Part shown: positions 29,936 through 39,805 of the stretch, one piece after another
How positions within the stretch are numbered: the stretch's first letter is position 1
Layout of the letters: every line of letters begins with the position of its first letter
NCBI GenBank assembly: GCA_964354545.1
Contig: CAYHAE010000005.1
Span: 12,414-76,413 of the forward strand
From: an uncultured Planctomycetia bacterium
GTDB lineage: Bacteria > Omnitrophota > Gorgyraeia > 2-01-FULL-45-10 > JAHFGN01
Length of the DNA stretch: 64,000 nt
Direction: 5' to 3'
Notes under the pieces: model-generated
Told to the model about the DNA's origin: nothing
What the model saw: only the letters and a program-made list of their open reading frames with translations
Database searches by the model: none
Position numbers and translations under genes: made by a program

Positions 29936-31635
29936 AGGATGATGGGCGCACCGACATACTGATAATCATTCCGCCGGCAGGGACGACAAATACCGTCTTT
30001 CCTCCCTATGGCGCGATGTATGTAGCGAGCGCCCTGCGGGAAAAGGGTTATTGCCCGAAAATATTGAATGTCGATACCGGGCGGATCGCTGATCACGAGG
30101 TGATCGAGCGGATCAGGAGGGAAAATCCCCGCTACATCGGTTTCAGCGGTATAGTCGCCCCCTCCTATAGGTACATCAAAGAGCTGAGCCTGGAGCTGAA
30201 GGATGCCTTTCCCGATCGGATCCAGATCCTTGGCGGCGGTCTCTCAAGTGCTGCGGAAACGGTGCTTGCGAATACGGCTGTCGATATTGTCGTATACGGC
30301 GAAGGCGACCTGACCGCCGGAGAGCTCATGGATTGCCTGGAACGCAAGGGGGACTTGAGCAGCGTCCCCGGAATATATTACAGGTCCGGCACCGATATCT
30401 GTTACACCGGCGAGAGGGAATTAGTGCGGGACCTCGATGCCCTGCCGTATCCGGCGTTCGACCTTGTCGATATGGACCGGTATCTCCCCAACGGCGTGGA
30501 GTTGATCCACCGCCACACCAGGAACGTCAACGACAGGCGGATATACGATAGAAGACGGAAGCGAAAGATGATGACGCTCCTCGCGGGCAGGGGGTGTTTC
30601 GGAAGATGCAGTTTTTGCTTCAGGGCATATCCCGGGATACGCTTTCACTCGATGCGGTATGTCTTCGACCTCATCGAATACTGCGCGGATAGATTCGACG
30701 CCGGATTCTTCTCGTTCGGAGATGAGTGTTTCACGGCGAATAAGGCGCGCCATTGGGAGTTCATCAATGAGTACAGGCGCCGGAAGATGGACTTTGTCTT
30801 TCGGATCCAGGGCGCACGGGTCGACACGTTCGACAGGGATATTCTGCGCGCGTACAAGGAGATCGGGTGCTGGATGATAGAGTACGGGTTCGAATCGGGA
30901 AGCCAAAAGATGCTTAACATCATTGATAAGCGCGTTACGGTCGAACAAAATCGGCGCGTTGCCCTCTGGACACGCGAGGCGGGCATTCATACGTCGCCGA
31001 CGCTGGTGCTCGCGATGCCCGGCGAGGACGATAAGACGATACAGGAGTCGATAGAGTTCCTGAAGTCCCTCGATTTCTGTTTCAAGCAGTACCAGTGGAC
31101 GTTTGCGCTCCCCATAGCAGGATCGCCGCTCTACGAATACGCGCGCCTGGTCGGGGCGATCATCGATGAGGATGAATACCTTTCGTCGATCGCGGGCGAG
31201 GTCGGTGCCGCCGGCGTATTTCACGTGAACCTGACCTCGTGCTCGGATGAGGCGGTGGTTTCGTGGCCCGAGAGGATAACGCGCGAAGTCGACGCGCATT
31301 ATTTTCGCACACACTATCGTCACGCGTGGCATGCGCGATGCGCGAAGATCGCAGCGCTTATCGACATTCATATAAAGCGACGGGATCTCCTCACGGTCCT
31401 CGCGAAGAAGGCGGGTTCGCTCCTCGCTCGCGCAGGCGCATCGTCTCCAAAGACGCGTGTCGTCCGGTATAGGGCGCGGGACGAATATAGGACCGGGGAA
31501 CTCTTCAAGCCTCACTGCTCGGCATCGGTTGACCCTGCGGGGGCGCTTGCCCTCGTCAATAAGCGCCTCCGGGAAGGATCGCTCGTTCGCGTTTCCGGTC
31601 ATCCGTACGGCGGGCCCGCCGGAAAGGATATATGA
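29932..31635 (+). CDS. B12-binding-domain radical SAM protein #3
   Basis: PPYGAMYVASAL, GEGD, GRGCFGRCSFC, YGFESGSQKML. Confidence 0.85.
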   Translation: MKDDGRTDILIIIPPAGTTNTVFPPYGAMYVASALREKGYCPKILNVDTGRIADHEVIERIRRENPRYIGFSGIVAPSYRYIKELSLELKDAFPDRIQILGGGLSSAAETVLANTAVDIVVYGEGDLTAGELMDCLERKGDLSSVPGIYYRSGTDICYTGERELVRDLDALPYPAFDLVDMDRYLPNGVELIHRHTRNVNDRRIYDRRRKRKMMTLLAGRGCFGRCSFCFRAYPGIRFHSMRYVFDLIEYCADRFDAGFFSFGDECFTANKARHWEFINEYRRRKMDFVFRIQGARVDTFDRDILRAYKEIGCWMIEYGFESGSQKMLNIIDKRVTVEQNRRVALWTREAGIHTSPTLVLAMPGEDDKTIQESIEFLKSLDFCFKQYQWTFALPIAGSPLYEYARLVGAIIDEDEYLSSIAGEVGAAGVFHVNLTSCSDEAVVSWPERITREVDAHYFRTHYRHAWHARCAKIAALIDIHIKRRDLLTVLAKKAGSLLARAGASSPKTRVVRYRARDEYRTGELFKPHCSASVDPAGALALVNKRLREGSLVRVSGHPYGGPAGKDI

Positions 31636-32771
31636 TAGCATGGATCGTGCTCATACTCATCGTGCTCTGCGCGGTCATTGAATCGCTCTCATATGCGATC
31701 TACCGTACGAACAGGAATGTGCGGGAGATCGCGAGGGATATGCTTGGCAAAAAGAGGCCCCCCAGCAGCGACATCGAGACCTTCATGCTCAGATACGCGG
31801 AACATCCTTTTCTCGGCTATGCGCTTAACCCCGAATTCAGGAATTCGTTCGGAGAGGCGATCCACAACACATGCGGGTTCCGGTTCGAAGGGGATCTCTA
31901 CAACCTTGACGGAACGGTGGTCTATTGCGCCGGAGACAGTTCGACCTATTGCAACGGGATCGAGAGAAATAAGGATACGTGGCCGGCACTTCTCCAGAAC
32001 GCCCTGCGTACCCACCCTTCTTACAAAGAAGCGGTGGTGGTAAACGGCGGATGCGGGGCATGGACGAGTTTTCAGAGCCTCATTCGTTTCTTGACATGGG
32101 TCGATGTCATCAGGCCCCAGCTCGTCATCGTGTATCATGGAAAGACCGATTTCATACCATTCATGGCGGGCGATGCATCTGTCCGGAAGATATTCCCCGA
32201 CTACAGCAATATCATGTGTTCGCTGAGGATGGGTGCCCTCGCGCGCGCGTGGGGGGCGCTGGCGAGGTTCTCATATGCCGGGAAGATCGCCTACGGTGCC
32301 TACGTGAACACTGCGTACGAGAACATCCATTGGAAAGTGCTTCGGCAGAAGAAGGCAAAGCTTCCCAATGAGATCCGCAAGGGGTTGCGGCGCGTGACGC
32401 CGGAAGCGTTTGATTTTATCTTCTCGAGGTACCGTTCGTTCGTGGATGCATGCGTTGCGCGGAAGATACCCATCCTGCTGGTCACTCAAAGAGTGGCGAG
32501 CGTCCTCTATCGGCCCTATATGAGCGAGCTCAATGACCGGATCAGGTCGCTTGCCTGTGCACCGGAAGGGGTCTACGTGTACGATTTCGACCGCGAGGCC
32601 TCGGGCGCAGATAGGTTCCTTTTCGACAGTGTCCACTTCACGCACGAAGGTGTGCGTTTCTTCAGCGAACGGCTGAGGGATTTCATATGTTCTCAGATCA
32701 TCCCTCCCTTACGCGGAAAGGCGCGAGAGACATCCGAGGTGCTCGCGCAGGGGAGAGGAGGGACGGTGTGA
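31632..32771 (+). CDS. Membrane-anchored SGNH/GDSL hydrolase (O-acyl esterase or transferase)
   Basis: N-terminal TM, GDSST, VVNGG, DSVHF. Confidence 0.75.
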   Translation: MIAWIVLILIVLCAVIESLSYAIYRTNRNVREIARDMLGKKRPPSSDIETFMLRYAEHPFLGYALNPEFRNSFGEAIHNTCGFRFEGDLYNLDGTVVYCAGDSSTYCNGIERNKDTWPALLQNALRTHPSYKEAVVVNGGCGAWTSFQSLIRFLTWVDVIRPQLVIVYHGKTDFIPFMAGDASVRKIFPDYSNIMCSLRMGALARAWGALARFSYAGKIAYGAYVNTAYENIHWKVLRQKKAKLPNEIRKGLRRVTPEAFDFIFSRYRSFVDACVARKIPILLVTQRVASVLYRPYMSELNDRIRSLACAPEGVYVYDFDREASGADRFLFDSVHFTHEGVRFFSERLRDFICSQIIPPLRGKARETSEVLAQGRGGTV

Positions 32772-33577
32772 TGAGCAGGCTGCGGCGCGCATGGCGCATG
32801 ATCGCAATGGTACCCGCGCGTATGGGGTCGACAAGGCTTACGATAAAGAACCTCGCCCTCCTCAACGGGAAGCCGCTCATCTATTACGCGATAAAGGCAT
32901 CGAAGGATTCGGGCGTATTCGAACGCATCGTGATCAATTCGGAGCATCCGCTCTTCGCAAAGATCGCGAGGCGTTACGGGGTCGAGTTCTACAGGAGGCC
33001 GGACGAGTGGGCGACGTCGGACGCGAAGTCGGATTCCGTCGTATACGATTTTCTCACGAAGAACCCTTGCGATATCGTCGCGTGGGTGAACCCGACCTCG
33101 CCCCTCCAGACAGGCGAAGAGGTGAGGCGCGTCGTGGAGTACTTCCGGGAGGAAAAACTCGATTCTCTCATCACGGTGAAGGACGAACAGGTCCACTGCA
33201 TGTATAGGGGGAGGCCCGTGAACTTCCGCATGGATGAGGAGTTCGCGAAGACCCAGGACCTGAGCCCCGTCCACCCGTTCGTCTACTCGGTGATGATGTG
33301 GCGGTCCCGGCCCTTCATGCGGGAATTCGAGAAGAAGGGCCGCGCGCTCTTCTGCGGGAAGTTCGGCGTATACTCTGTGAGCAGGCTCACGGGCATCATC
33401 ATCAAGCGCGAAGAGGACCTTATGCTGGCGGATTATATCATGCGGGCCGCGGCGCGGGGAAAGAGATATAAGGTGCGCTATGACAGGCTCGTGAAAGACT
33501 ATAGACCACAGACTATAGACCATAGACCGAAGACCATAGACCAGAGACAAACGGCTGGCGCGAAGGGACAGCGATGA
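32771..33577 (+). CDS. NeuA/KdsB-family cytidylyltransferase
   Basis: VPARMGSTRLTIKNL, NGKPLI, NPTSPL; C-terminus encoded by a 7-nt tandem repeat. Confidence 0.8.
   Translation: MSRLRRAWRMIAMVPARMGSTRLTIKNLALLNGKPLIYYAIKASKDSGVFERIVINSEHPLFAKIARRYGVEFYRRPDEWATSDAKSDSVVYDFLTKNPCDIVAWVNPTSPLQTGEEVRRVVEYFREEKLDSLITVKDEQVHCMYRGRPVNFRMDEEFAKTQDLSPVHPFVYSVMMWRSRPFMREFEKKGRALFCGKFGVYSVSRLTGIIIKREEDLMLADYIMRAAARGKRYKVRYDRLVKDYRPQTIDHRPKTIDQRQTAGAKGQR
33496..33548 (+). repeat. Tandem 7-nt AGACYAN repeat, about 7.5 units, inside the 3' end of a CDS
   Basis: AGACTAT AGACCAC AGACTAT AGACCAT AGACCGA AGACCAT AGACCAG AGAC. Confidence 0.9.
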
Positions 33578-34941
33578 AAGATCTTGTATCGATTATCATC
33601 CGCACCAAGAACGAAGAGCGATGGATCGCCCAGTGCCTCCAGAGCGTCCTCGGCCAGGAGTATAAGAAGTTCGAGGTGATCATCGTCGATAATCAATCGA
33701 CGGACAAGACCGTTGAGAAGGCGAAGACGTTCCCTATCTCGAAGGTCGTGACGTGCGGCGAGTACTTGCCCGGGAAGGCGCTCAATATGGGGATAAGGGA
33801 GTCGAGAGGGGACTACATCGCGATACTCTCGGGCCACTGTATCCCTGTCAATAAGCTGTGGCTCACCAATCTGCTCAGGAACTTCAATGGGGGCAGCGTT
33901 GCAGGGGTCTATGGCCGACAGGAGCCGATGGAATTCACCTCAGACGCAGACAAGCGGGACCTCGCGCTCGTCTTCAGCCTTGACAGGAAGGTCCAGCTGA
34001 AGGACAGTTTTTTTCACAATGCCAACAGCATGATCCGCAGGGACATTTGGCAGGAGACACCGTTCAATGAGACTGTCACGAACATCGAGGACAGGGTGTG
34101 GGCCAAAGAGGTGCTCGAGAAAGGGGCCCAGATCGTCTATGAACCCGAGGCGAGCGTTTACCACTACCACGGCATACACCAGAACGGCGATGAGGAGAGG
34201 TGCAGGAACGTGGTGAGGATCCTCGAGAGCCTCCACGCCGACTATCAATATAAGACCATCGACGCCGAAAAATTGAATACGGTCGCCTTCATTCCTGTAA
34301 AGGGGCCTATCAGGTACCTGAACGAGAAGCCGCTCGTCGCGTACACGATCGAGACCGCCCGCGAGTCGAAGTACATCAAGAAGATAATCGTCTCGACCGA
34401 CAACGCGGAACTCGCCGCGCTCGCGAGAGAGCTCGGGGCAGAGGCCCCGTTCATCCGGGAGCCCGCTCTTTCCAGTGAGAAGGTAAATCTCGCTCAGGTG
34501 CTCCAGTACTCGCTTCATAGGATCGAGGAGCTCAAGGTGTTCCCGGACCTCGTCGTATCGCTTGAGGTCACGTTCCCGTTCAGGCCGAAGGGGCTTTTGG
34601 ACAGGATGATCGCGCACCTCGCGGAAGGAGGCTTCGACAGCGTCGTCGCGGCGCGGTTGGAGAACAGGGCCATATGGAAAGAGAGGGAAGGGGCTATCGT
34701 CCAGATCGACGAAGGCCTCACGCCTCGCCAGTTCAAAGAGCCGACCTACATCGAGCTGAAAGGGGTCGGTTGCGTGACACATCCCGAATTCCTCCGGCAG
34801 GGGACGCTCCTCGGGGAGAAGATAGGGCTCTACGAGGTGGACGATCCCTATTCGCACCTCGAGGTGAGGAGCAAAGAGGATTTTTCGATGGCGTCGTTTT
34901 TGATGAAGGAGTGGGCACAAGAGCGATGGATGTCTTTATAG
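33574..34941 (+). CDS. GT2 glycosyltransferase fused to a degenerate cytidylyltransferase-like domain
   Basis: SIIIRTKNEE, VDNQSTD, FHNANS, IEDRVW; then EKPLVAYTIE, IIVSTD, GAEAPFIR, VTFPFR. Confidence 0.78.
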   Translation: MKDLVSIIIRTKNEERWIAQCLQSVLGQEYKKFEVIIVDNQSTDKTVEKAKTFPISKVVTCGEYLPGKALNMGIRESRGDYIAILSGHCIPVNKLWLTNLLRNFNGGSVAGVYGRQEPMEFTSDADKRDLALVFSLDRKVQLKDSFFHNANSMIRRDIWQETPFNETVTNIEDRVWAKEVLEKGAQIVYEPEASVYHYHGIHQNGDEERCRNVVRILESLHADYQYKTIDAEKLNTVAFIPVKGPIRYLNEKPLVAYTIETARESKYIKKIIVSTDNAELAALARELGAEAPFIREPALSSEKVNLAQVLQYSLHRIEELKVFPDLVVSLEVTFPFRPKGLLDRMIAHLAEGGFDSVVAARLENRAIWKEREGAIVQIDEGLTPRQFKEPTYIELKGVGCVTHPEFLRQGTLLGEKIGLYEVDDPYSHLEVRSKEDFSMASFLMKEWAQERWMSL

Positions 34942-35927
34942 GCCGAGAGTTTTCACGCTATTACGAGAAAGCGCCTCTTACGCTCGTCGACATAGGGGCG
35001 CGAGGCGGCATAGAGAAGAATTGGAGGAGGGCGCGGCAGAACCTCTGCGTGATAGGTTTTGAGCCCGACACGCAGGAGTGTGAGAAGCTTGCTCTCGCAG
35101 CCGGCAGAGGCGCGAGGCGCTATCTGAACTCAGCGCTCTATAAAAGTAAGGGGACCGTCGAATTTCACCATACGAGAGCCGGCGGCGCCTCATCGATATT
35201 CAGGCCGAACAGGGATTTTGTCGATCGATTTCCCGAGTCGAGCCGCCTCGATATTGTCGGGACGGTCGCCGTCGAGGCCGATACGTTGGACAACCAGCTT
35301 CGCTCTCACGGCATCAGGGACGTCGATTTCGTCAAAGTAGATACCCAGGGCAGCGAGCTGTACGTACTGCAGGGCGGGCGCGATATCATATGCGGCTCCG
35401 TATTCGGAATGGAGATCGAGGTCGAATTTGCCCCTGTCTACGAAGGGCAGCCTTTATTCTCTGACGTCGATGCCCTCGTGAGGGGGTGCGGGTTTTCGCT
35501 CTTTGACCTCAAACCATATTATTGGAAGAGAGGCGCGGGGCAGTCGTACGGCAGGCCTAAAGGGCAGATCATCTTCGCGGACGCCCTCTATCTGAGGGAT
35601 ACGGACAGCCTGCACCGCATGCTCGGCCCTCTCCAGGGAGACAGTTCGAAAAAAGCGAAGATCGCAAGGGCGATCTCGATATGCGCTATCTATGGGTATC
35701 TGGATTATGCGCTCGAGATCTTTACGTCGGAGAAAGACCTTTTTACCCGCGAAGAGCAGAGTTCGTTCATGAAGGCGCTCGAGAAGGACGTTTCGCTCTC
35801 GCGGAAGATCCCGGATTTTCGCGGAAGAGGGCATATCGCGAACTGCATCCATTCATTGTACAGGCTCATACATCCCTCCGGGAGGAGCTGGCATTCGAGC
35901 GGAAGGGCTCTCGGTAATGTGGAATAG
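34926..35927 (+). CDS. FkbM-family methyltransferase
   Basis: VDIGARGG, IGFEPD, FVKVDTQGSEL, YEGQPLF, ADALY. Confidence 0.85.
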   Translation: MDVFIGREFSRYYEKAPLTLVDIGARGGIEKNWRRARQNLCVIGFEPDTQECEKLALAAGRGARRYLNSALYKSKGTVEFHHTRAGGASSIFRPNRDFVDRFPESSRLDIVGTVAVEADTLDNQLRSHGIRDVDFVKVDTQGSELYVLQGGRDIICGSVFGMEIEVEFAPVYEGQPLFSDVDALVRGCGFSLFDLKPYYWKRGAGQSYGRPKGQIIFADALYLRDTDSLHRMLGPLQGDSSKKAKIARAISICAIYGYLDYALEIFTSEKDLFTREEQSSFMKALEKDVSLSRKIPDFRGRGHIANCIHSLYRLIHPSGRSWHSSGRALGNVE

Positions 35928-35945
35928 GGCCCAAGGGATACCGGT

Positions 35946-37850
35946 ATGAAGGTAAATAAGATAGTCTTTTTCAACACGATACAGGATGCGGACGCATACC
36001 TCATGAAGGTAGGCTCTCGTGTTCCTGAGGACTGCCTCCTCGTTGCGTTGACGCCATCTGTACGGGCGCACCTGAAGAAGAAGGGAATCGCTGCGCAGGA
36101 CACCGCGTCTTATTTCACGAATGACTCGCACAAGGAGCTTTTGGAAAAGACGAAGAACGCGGTGGACTGGATGAGGACCAAGGCCGCGTTCGCCGACCTT
36201 GGCCTCGGTGTCCGGCGCGCGTATGGCGATGCGTTCGTCTATTGCACGCGGCGCGTCATTACCTATTGCCTGTGGGTGACGGAGGTCGTTTCACACGCGG
36301 TCGCGGCGCACCGCGCCGACGTGCTCGTCGCGGCCCGTTCCGGCGCGAGGCCCGTCGCGAGCCTCTACGTGGAGCCTGACGAGCGCTATGTGGGCGAGAT
36401 CGTGTACGAGATCGCGCTCGCAAAGGGTCTCGGATTTGAGGAGATCTCCGAAGGAGGCGGCCGACGCGCAATGCGGCCGTGGACAAGGGCTCTCGGCCGG
36501 CTCCGGTTCCGTTCGTGCGCGTCATTCATTGTACGGTATGTGAGATTCCGGCTGTGGGCGCTTGGGATACAGGCGCAGAGCGCATTCACGCGAAAGAGGC
36601 CCGCGTTCTATACCACACGTCTCTACCAGATGGACAGGCTCGCAGGAAGGATCCAGGGTGAATATGAGGGGGGACGGCTGCGCCTTTTGAGAAGTTCCGC
36701 CATACCCTCTTTTCCGATCCCCCACGGCCTGTTGCGGGCCCTGTTTCCAAAGTTTGCGGAGGCGATCATCTCGCAGAAAAAAGTCCTCGAACTCATCGAA
36801 CGTGAGATGTGCGGGAATGCGGAGCTCTTCTCCCACAAGGGCATTTCTTACGGGCGCCTCGTCTCACAGAAGATACGCAATAACCTTGCGGACCACGTGA
36901 TCGGGATGAATGTGTGGACGATCGCACTCGGCCGTTTCATCGATGCGATACGTCCGCGCTCTATCCTCTCGAACGGGACGAGGGACGACGACGTCATCAT
37001 CGCCGAGCTCTGCCGCGAGAAGAAGATCCCCGCCGTCCTCATCAGCCACGGGTCTCATATCCGGCCGAAGAACGAATATGAGACGATAGAGTGGGGTGAG
37101 CACGGGAGGCTGCTCCTGAGAGGCCCCTTTTCGCACTTTGTATTGCAGACCCCCGTTTCAGAAGGGTATCTCGAGACATTTCCCACGTCCGGTTCAATTG
37201 TAAAGACCGGCCCTCTCATTTGGGGTAAACCCATCAACCGGGAAAGGAGCAAGGCGCTCTTTACGACGATGTTCGGCACTTACAAAGAAGTGAAGATCAT
37301 CGTTCACGCAGGCACGCCGAAACCGAATAACGCTCTCCGTTTCTATGTCTACGAGACGTCGGACGAGTATATCCGCGCGGTGTGTGACCTCGCCGATGTC
37401 GCTGCGAAGGTCCCTAACACCATTCTTATAGTCAAATTCAGGCCAACGGCCGACATCTCCGTAGAGGGAATGCAGGCGCTCGTTCCTTTTCGAGACAACG
37501 TGAGGCTGAGCGTGGGAGAGCCGTTCCTCGACGTCCTTGGGATGGCAGACCTGCTCGTGAGCTTCTCATCAACGACGATCGAGGAGGCGCTCCAAAACCG
37601 GATCCCCGTATTGCTCTATGGCGGAGACGGGAGGTATCAACACATATCTGCTCAGGTGATCGAACCTGGAAGCGATGTGCGGCCGTCTGCGGTGTACCAG
37701 AGCAGAAAGAAAGAAGATCTCGAGTATGCGCTGCGCAGTATCGTGCAGTTGAATATCGACGGCAGGAACAGGGATAGACACCTCTTCGAGCCGTATATCT
37801 ACCCCGAGAGCGCGCGCAGGCCGTTGGCAGACGCTTTGACCCGCGCGTGA
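35946..37850 (+). CDS. Large uncharacterised surface-carbohydrate protein, probable GT-B-like transferase
   Basis: LISHG, KTGP, IVKFRP, ADLLVSFSSTTIEEAL resembles the C-domain of CDP-glycerol/sialyltransferase-like GT-B enzymes. Confidence 0.55.
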   Translation: MKVNKIVFFNTIQDADAYLMKVGSRVPEDCLLVALTPSVRAHLKKKGIAAQDTASYFTNDSHKELLEKTKNAVDWMRTKAAFADLGLGVRRAYGDAFVYCTRRVITYCLWVTEVVSHAVAAHRADVLVAARSGARPVASLYVEPDERYVGEIVYEIALAKGLGFEEISEGGGRRAMRPWTRALGRLRFRSCASFIVRYVRFRLWALGIQAQSAFTRKRPAFYTTRLYQMDRLAGRIQGEYEGGRLRLLRSSAIPSFPIPHGLLRALFPKFAEAIISQKKVLELIEREMCGNAELFSHKGISYGRLVSQKIRNNLADHVIGMNVWTIALGRFIDAIRPRSILSNGTRDDDVIIAELCREKKIPAVLISHGSHIRPKNEYETIEWGEHGRLLLRGPFSHFVLQTPVSEGYLETFPTSGSIVKTGPLIWGKPINRERSKALFTTMFGTYKEVKIIVHAGTPKPNNALRFYVYETSDEYIRAVCDLADVAAKVPNTILIVKFRPTADISVEGMQALVPFRDNVRLSVGEPFLDVLGMADLLVSFSSTTIEEALQNRIPVLLYGGDGRYQHISAQVIEPGSDVRPSAVYQSRKKEDLEYALRSIVQLNIDGRNRDRHLFEPYIYPESARRPLADALTRA

Positions 37851-37869
37851 ACAGGAAAGAGCGGATACT

Positions 37870-39687
37870 ATGAAAAAAAATACGACATTTCCCACAGTGT
37901 GGTTCTTCCTGAAACAGTACCGGGCCATGTACGCCATCATCCTCTTCGTACTGCTCGCAGACGCGCTCTTTGAGAACATGACCATCGCGGTGCTCCTGCC
38001 GCTCCTGCAGTCGTTCCTCGGCCAGACGAGCGGTCTCACGCGGGGAGGCCTCTTCGCGTTTATCGCGAACCTCATCGGGCGCCTCCCCTTCGGCGACCCC
38101 GTCATCAGCACATGTATCCTCGCCCTCGTGCTCGTGGCCGCGAAGGAGGCGCTCGCGTTCATCCGCGAGGTCCTCGTGTCCGGGTACAGCGTGGCGAAGG
38201 TGATGAGCGATGCGAAATTGAAGGTCTTCGAGAAGTATGCCCGTTCCGATTACCAGTTCTTCCTCGACAGTAAACAGGGCGCGCTTGTCTACAATGCGCT
38301 CGTCGCGACCGCGCGGCTCGGGAACTGCCTGCTCTACATACCGCAGCTGGCGACCGCGCTATTGCTGATACTGTCGATCGGCATCGTGCTCATGGCCATA
38401 TCGGTGCGTCTCACGCTCATGCTGCTTGTCGTGGGACTTGTCTATAGCGTGGCCACCCACGTGCTTGCGAAGAAGGTGTCATACGGCATGGGCAAAGAGA
38501 AGACAGAGGCGAGCACTGACTCGCAGGTGATCACCAACGAGTTTATCGACGGGATCAAGCAGATCAGGACCTCCGGGACATCGAATTTCTGGCTTGCCCG
38601 TTTCAGAGGGCCTGTCAAGAGGTTAGAGAGGGTCTTTATCAGGAATGCGGCCTTGGTGGCCGCTCCCGGAAGGGTGATGGAGCTCATGCCGGTCGTATTC
38701 CTGGTGGGCATCACGCTCGTCCTGAGATACTGGAGCAAGGTATCCTCCGAAGGGATCCTGTCCAATCTCGCGGTCATCGGCGTGTACGCATTCGCCCTCT
38801 ACAGGCTCGTGCCGCACCTTACCTCCCTCGGACGGTTGAGGATGCAGATTATGGAGACCTTGCCTGACGTCGAGCTCCTCCATGTCCTTCTTCAGAAGAA
38901 GACCGCCAGTATCGCATACGGCGAAAGAGAGCTGCGTAACCTTGAAAGGGAGATACGATTCGAAGGCGTGACCTTCGGTTATAAGGGGAAGAAGGATGTC
39001 TTAAAAGACGTGAGTTTCGCGATCGAAAAAGGTGCCACCGCAGCGCTCGTGGGAGAGTCCGGGGTCGGGAAATCCACGATCGTGAACCTCCTTATGAGAT
39101 TGTTTGACCCTGACAGCGGGAGGATCACCATCGACGGCACAGACTTAAAGGACCTCACGTACGACACGCTCACGAGGATGATCGCGGTCGTGAGCCAGGA
39201 GACGTTCATATTCAACGGTACCGTCAGGGAGAACATCGCCTTCGGGGCGCACGACGTGCCGCCAGGCGACGTCGTTGCCGCGGCCACGCTCGCGTACGCG
39301 GATGAGTTCATAAGGCTCCTTCCTCAAGGGTACGAAACGATCGTTGGCGACAAGGGGTTGAAGCTTTCCGGAGGCCAGAGGCAGCGCATCGCGATCGCCC
39401 GTGCAATACTTCGCGATCCGCAGGTGCTCATCCTCGACGAGGCGACGAGCTCCCTGGACCACAACTCGGAACTCATCGTCCAGAGCGCGATCAACAATAT
39501 ATCGAGAGACAGGACGACGCTCGTGATCGCCCACAGGCTTTCGACAGTGATGAGCGCCGACAAGATCGTCGTGCTCCACGGCGGCCGGATCGTCGAAGAA
39601 GGGACGCACGGTGAACTGATGGGAAAGAGCAGTGTCTATAAGGGCCTCTACGAAGATCAGACGGTCGGGGCGGGGAGAGAGGGTTAA
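37870..39687 (+). CDS. PglK/MsbA-like ABC exporter (fused TMD-NBD), probable lipid-linked glycan flippase
   Basis: TM domain plus GESGVGKST, LSGGQRQRIAIARA, ILDEATSSLD, IAHRLST. Confidence 0.88.
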   Translation: MKKNTTFPTVWFFLKQYRAMYAIILFVLLADALFENMTIAVLLPLLQSFLGQTSGLTRGGLFAFIANLIGRLPFGDPVISTCILALVLVAAKEALAFIREVLVSGYSVAKVMSDAKLKVFEKYARSDYQFFLDSKQGALVYNALVATARLGNCLLYIPQLATALLLILSIGIVLMAISVRLTLMLLVVGLVYSVATHVLAKKVSYGMGKEKTEASTDSQVITNEFIDGIKQIRTSGTSNFWLARFRGPVKRLERVFIRNAALVAAPGRVMELMPVVFLVGITLVLRYWSKVSSEGILSNLAVIGVYAFALYRLVPHLTSLGRLRMQIMETLPDVELLHVLLQKKTASIAYGERELRNLEREIRFEGVTFGYKGKKDVLKDVSFAIEKGATAALVGESGVGKSTIVNLLMRLFDPDSGRITIDGTDLKDLTYDTLTRMIAVVSQETFIFNGTVRENIAFGAHDVPPGDVVAAATLAYADEFIRLLPQGYETIVGDKGLKLSGGQRQRIAIARAILRDPQVLILDEATSSLDHNSELIVQSAINNISRDRTTLVIAHRLSTVMSADKIVVLHGGRIVEEGTHGELMGKSSVYKGLYEDQTVGAGREG

Positions 39688-39783
39688 GGTAGGGTTATGG
39701 AAGGTTATGGGAGGTTACGAGTCCGGCATGCGCACTGCAACCTTACGTAACCTTAAGTAACATTCCGTAACCTTATGTAACCT
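39682..39783. repeat. Inverted tandem array of ~10-nt units: GGTTA x4, spacer, TAACC-like x5
   Basis: GGTTA at 39682, 39693, 39703, 39713; (C/T)AAC(C/A) at 39738, 39748, 39758, 39768, 39778. Confidence 0.85.
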
Positions 39784-39805
39784 CAGATAGAGGAGACTGG
39801 ACAAG

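Noticed and set aside
30421-31641. Long minus-strand ORFs (406 aa here; also 4751-5770, 13410-14432, 18051-19049, 33940-34920, 61751-62635)
   Set aside because: Antisense shadows of well-supported + strand genes, with no recognisable motifs
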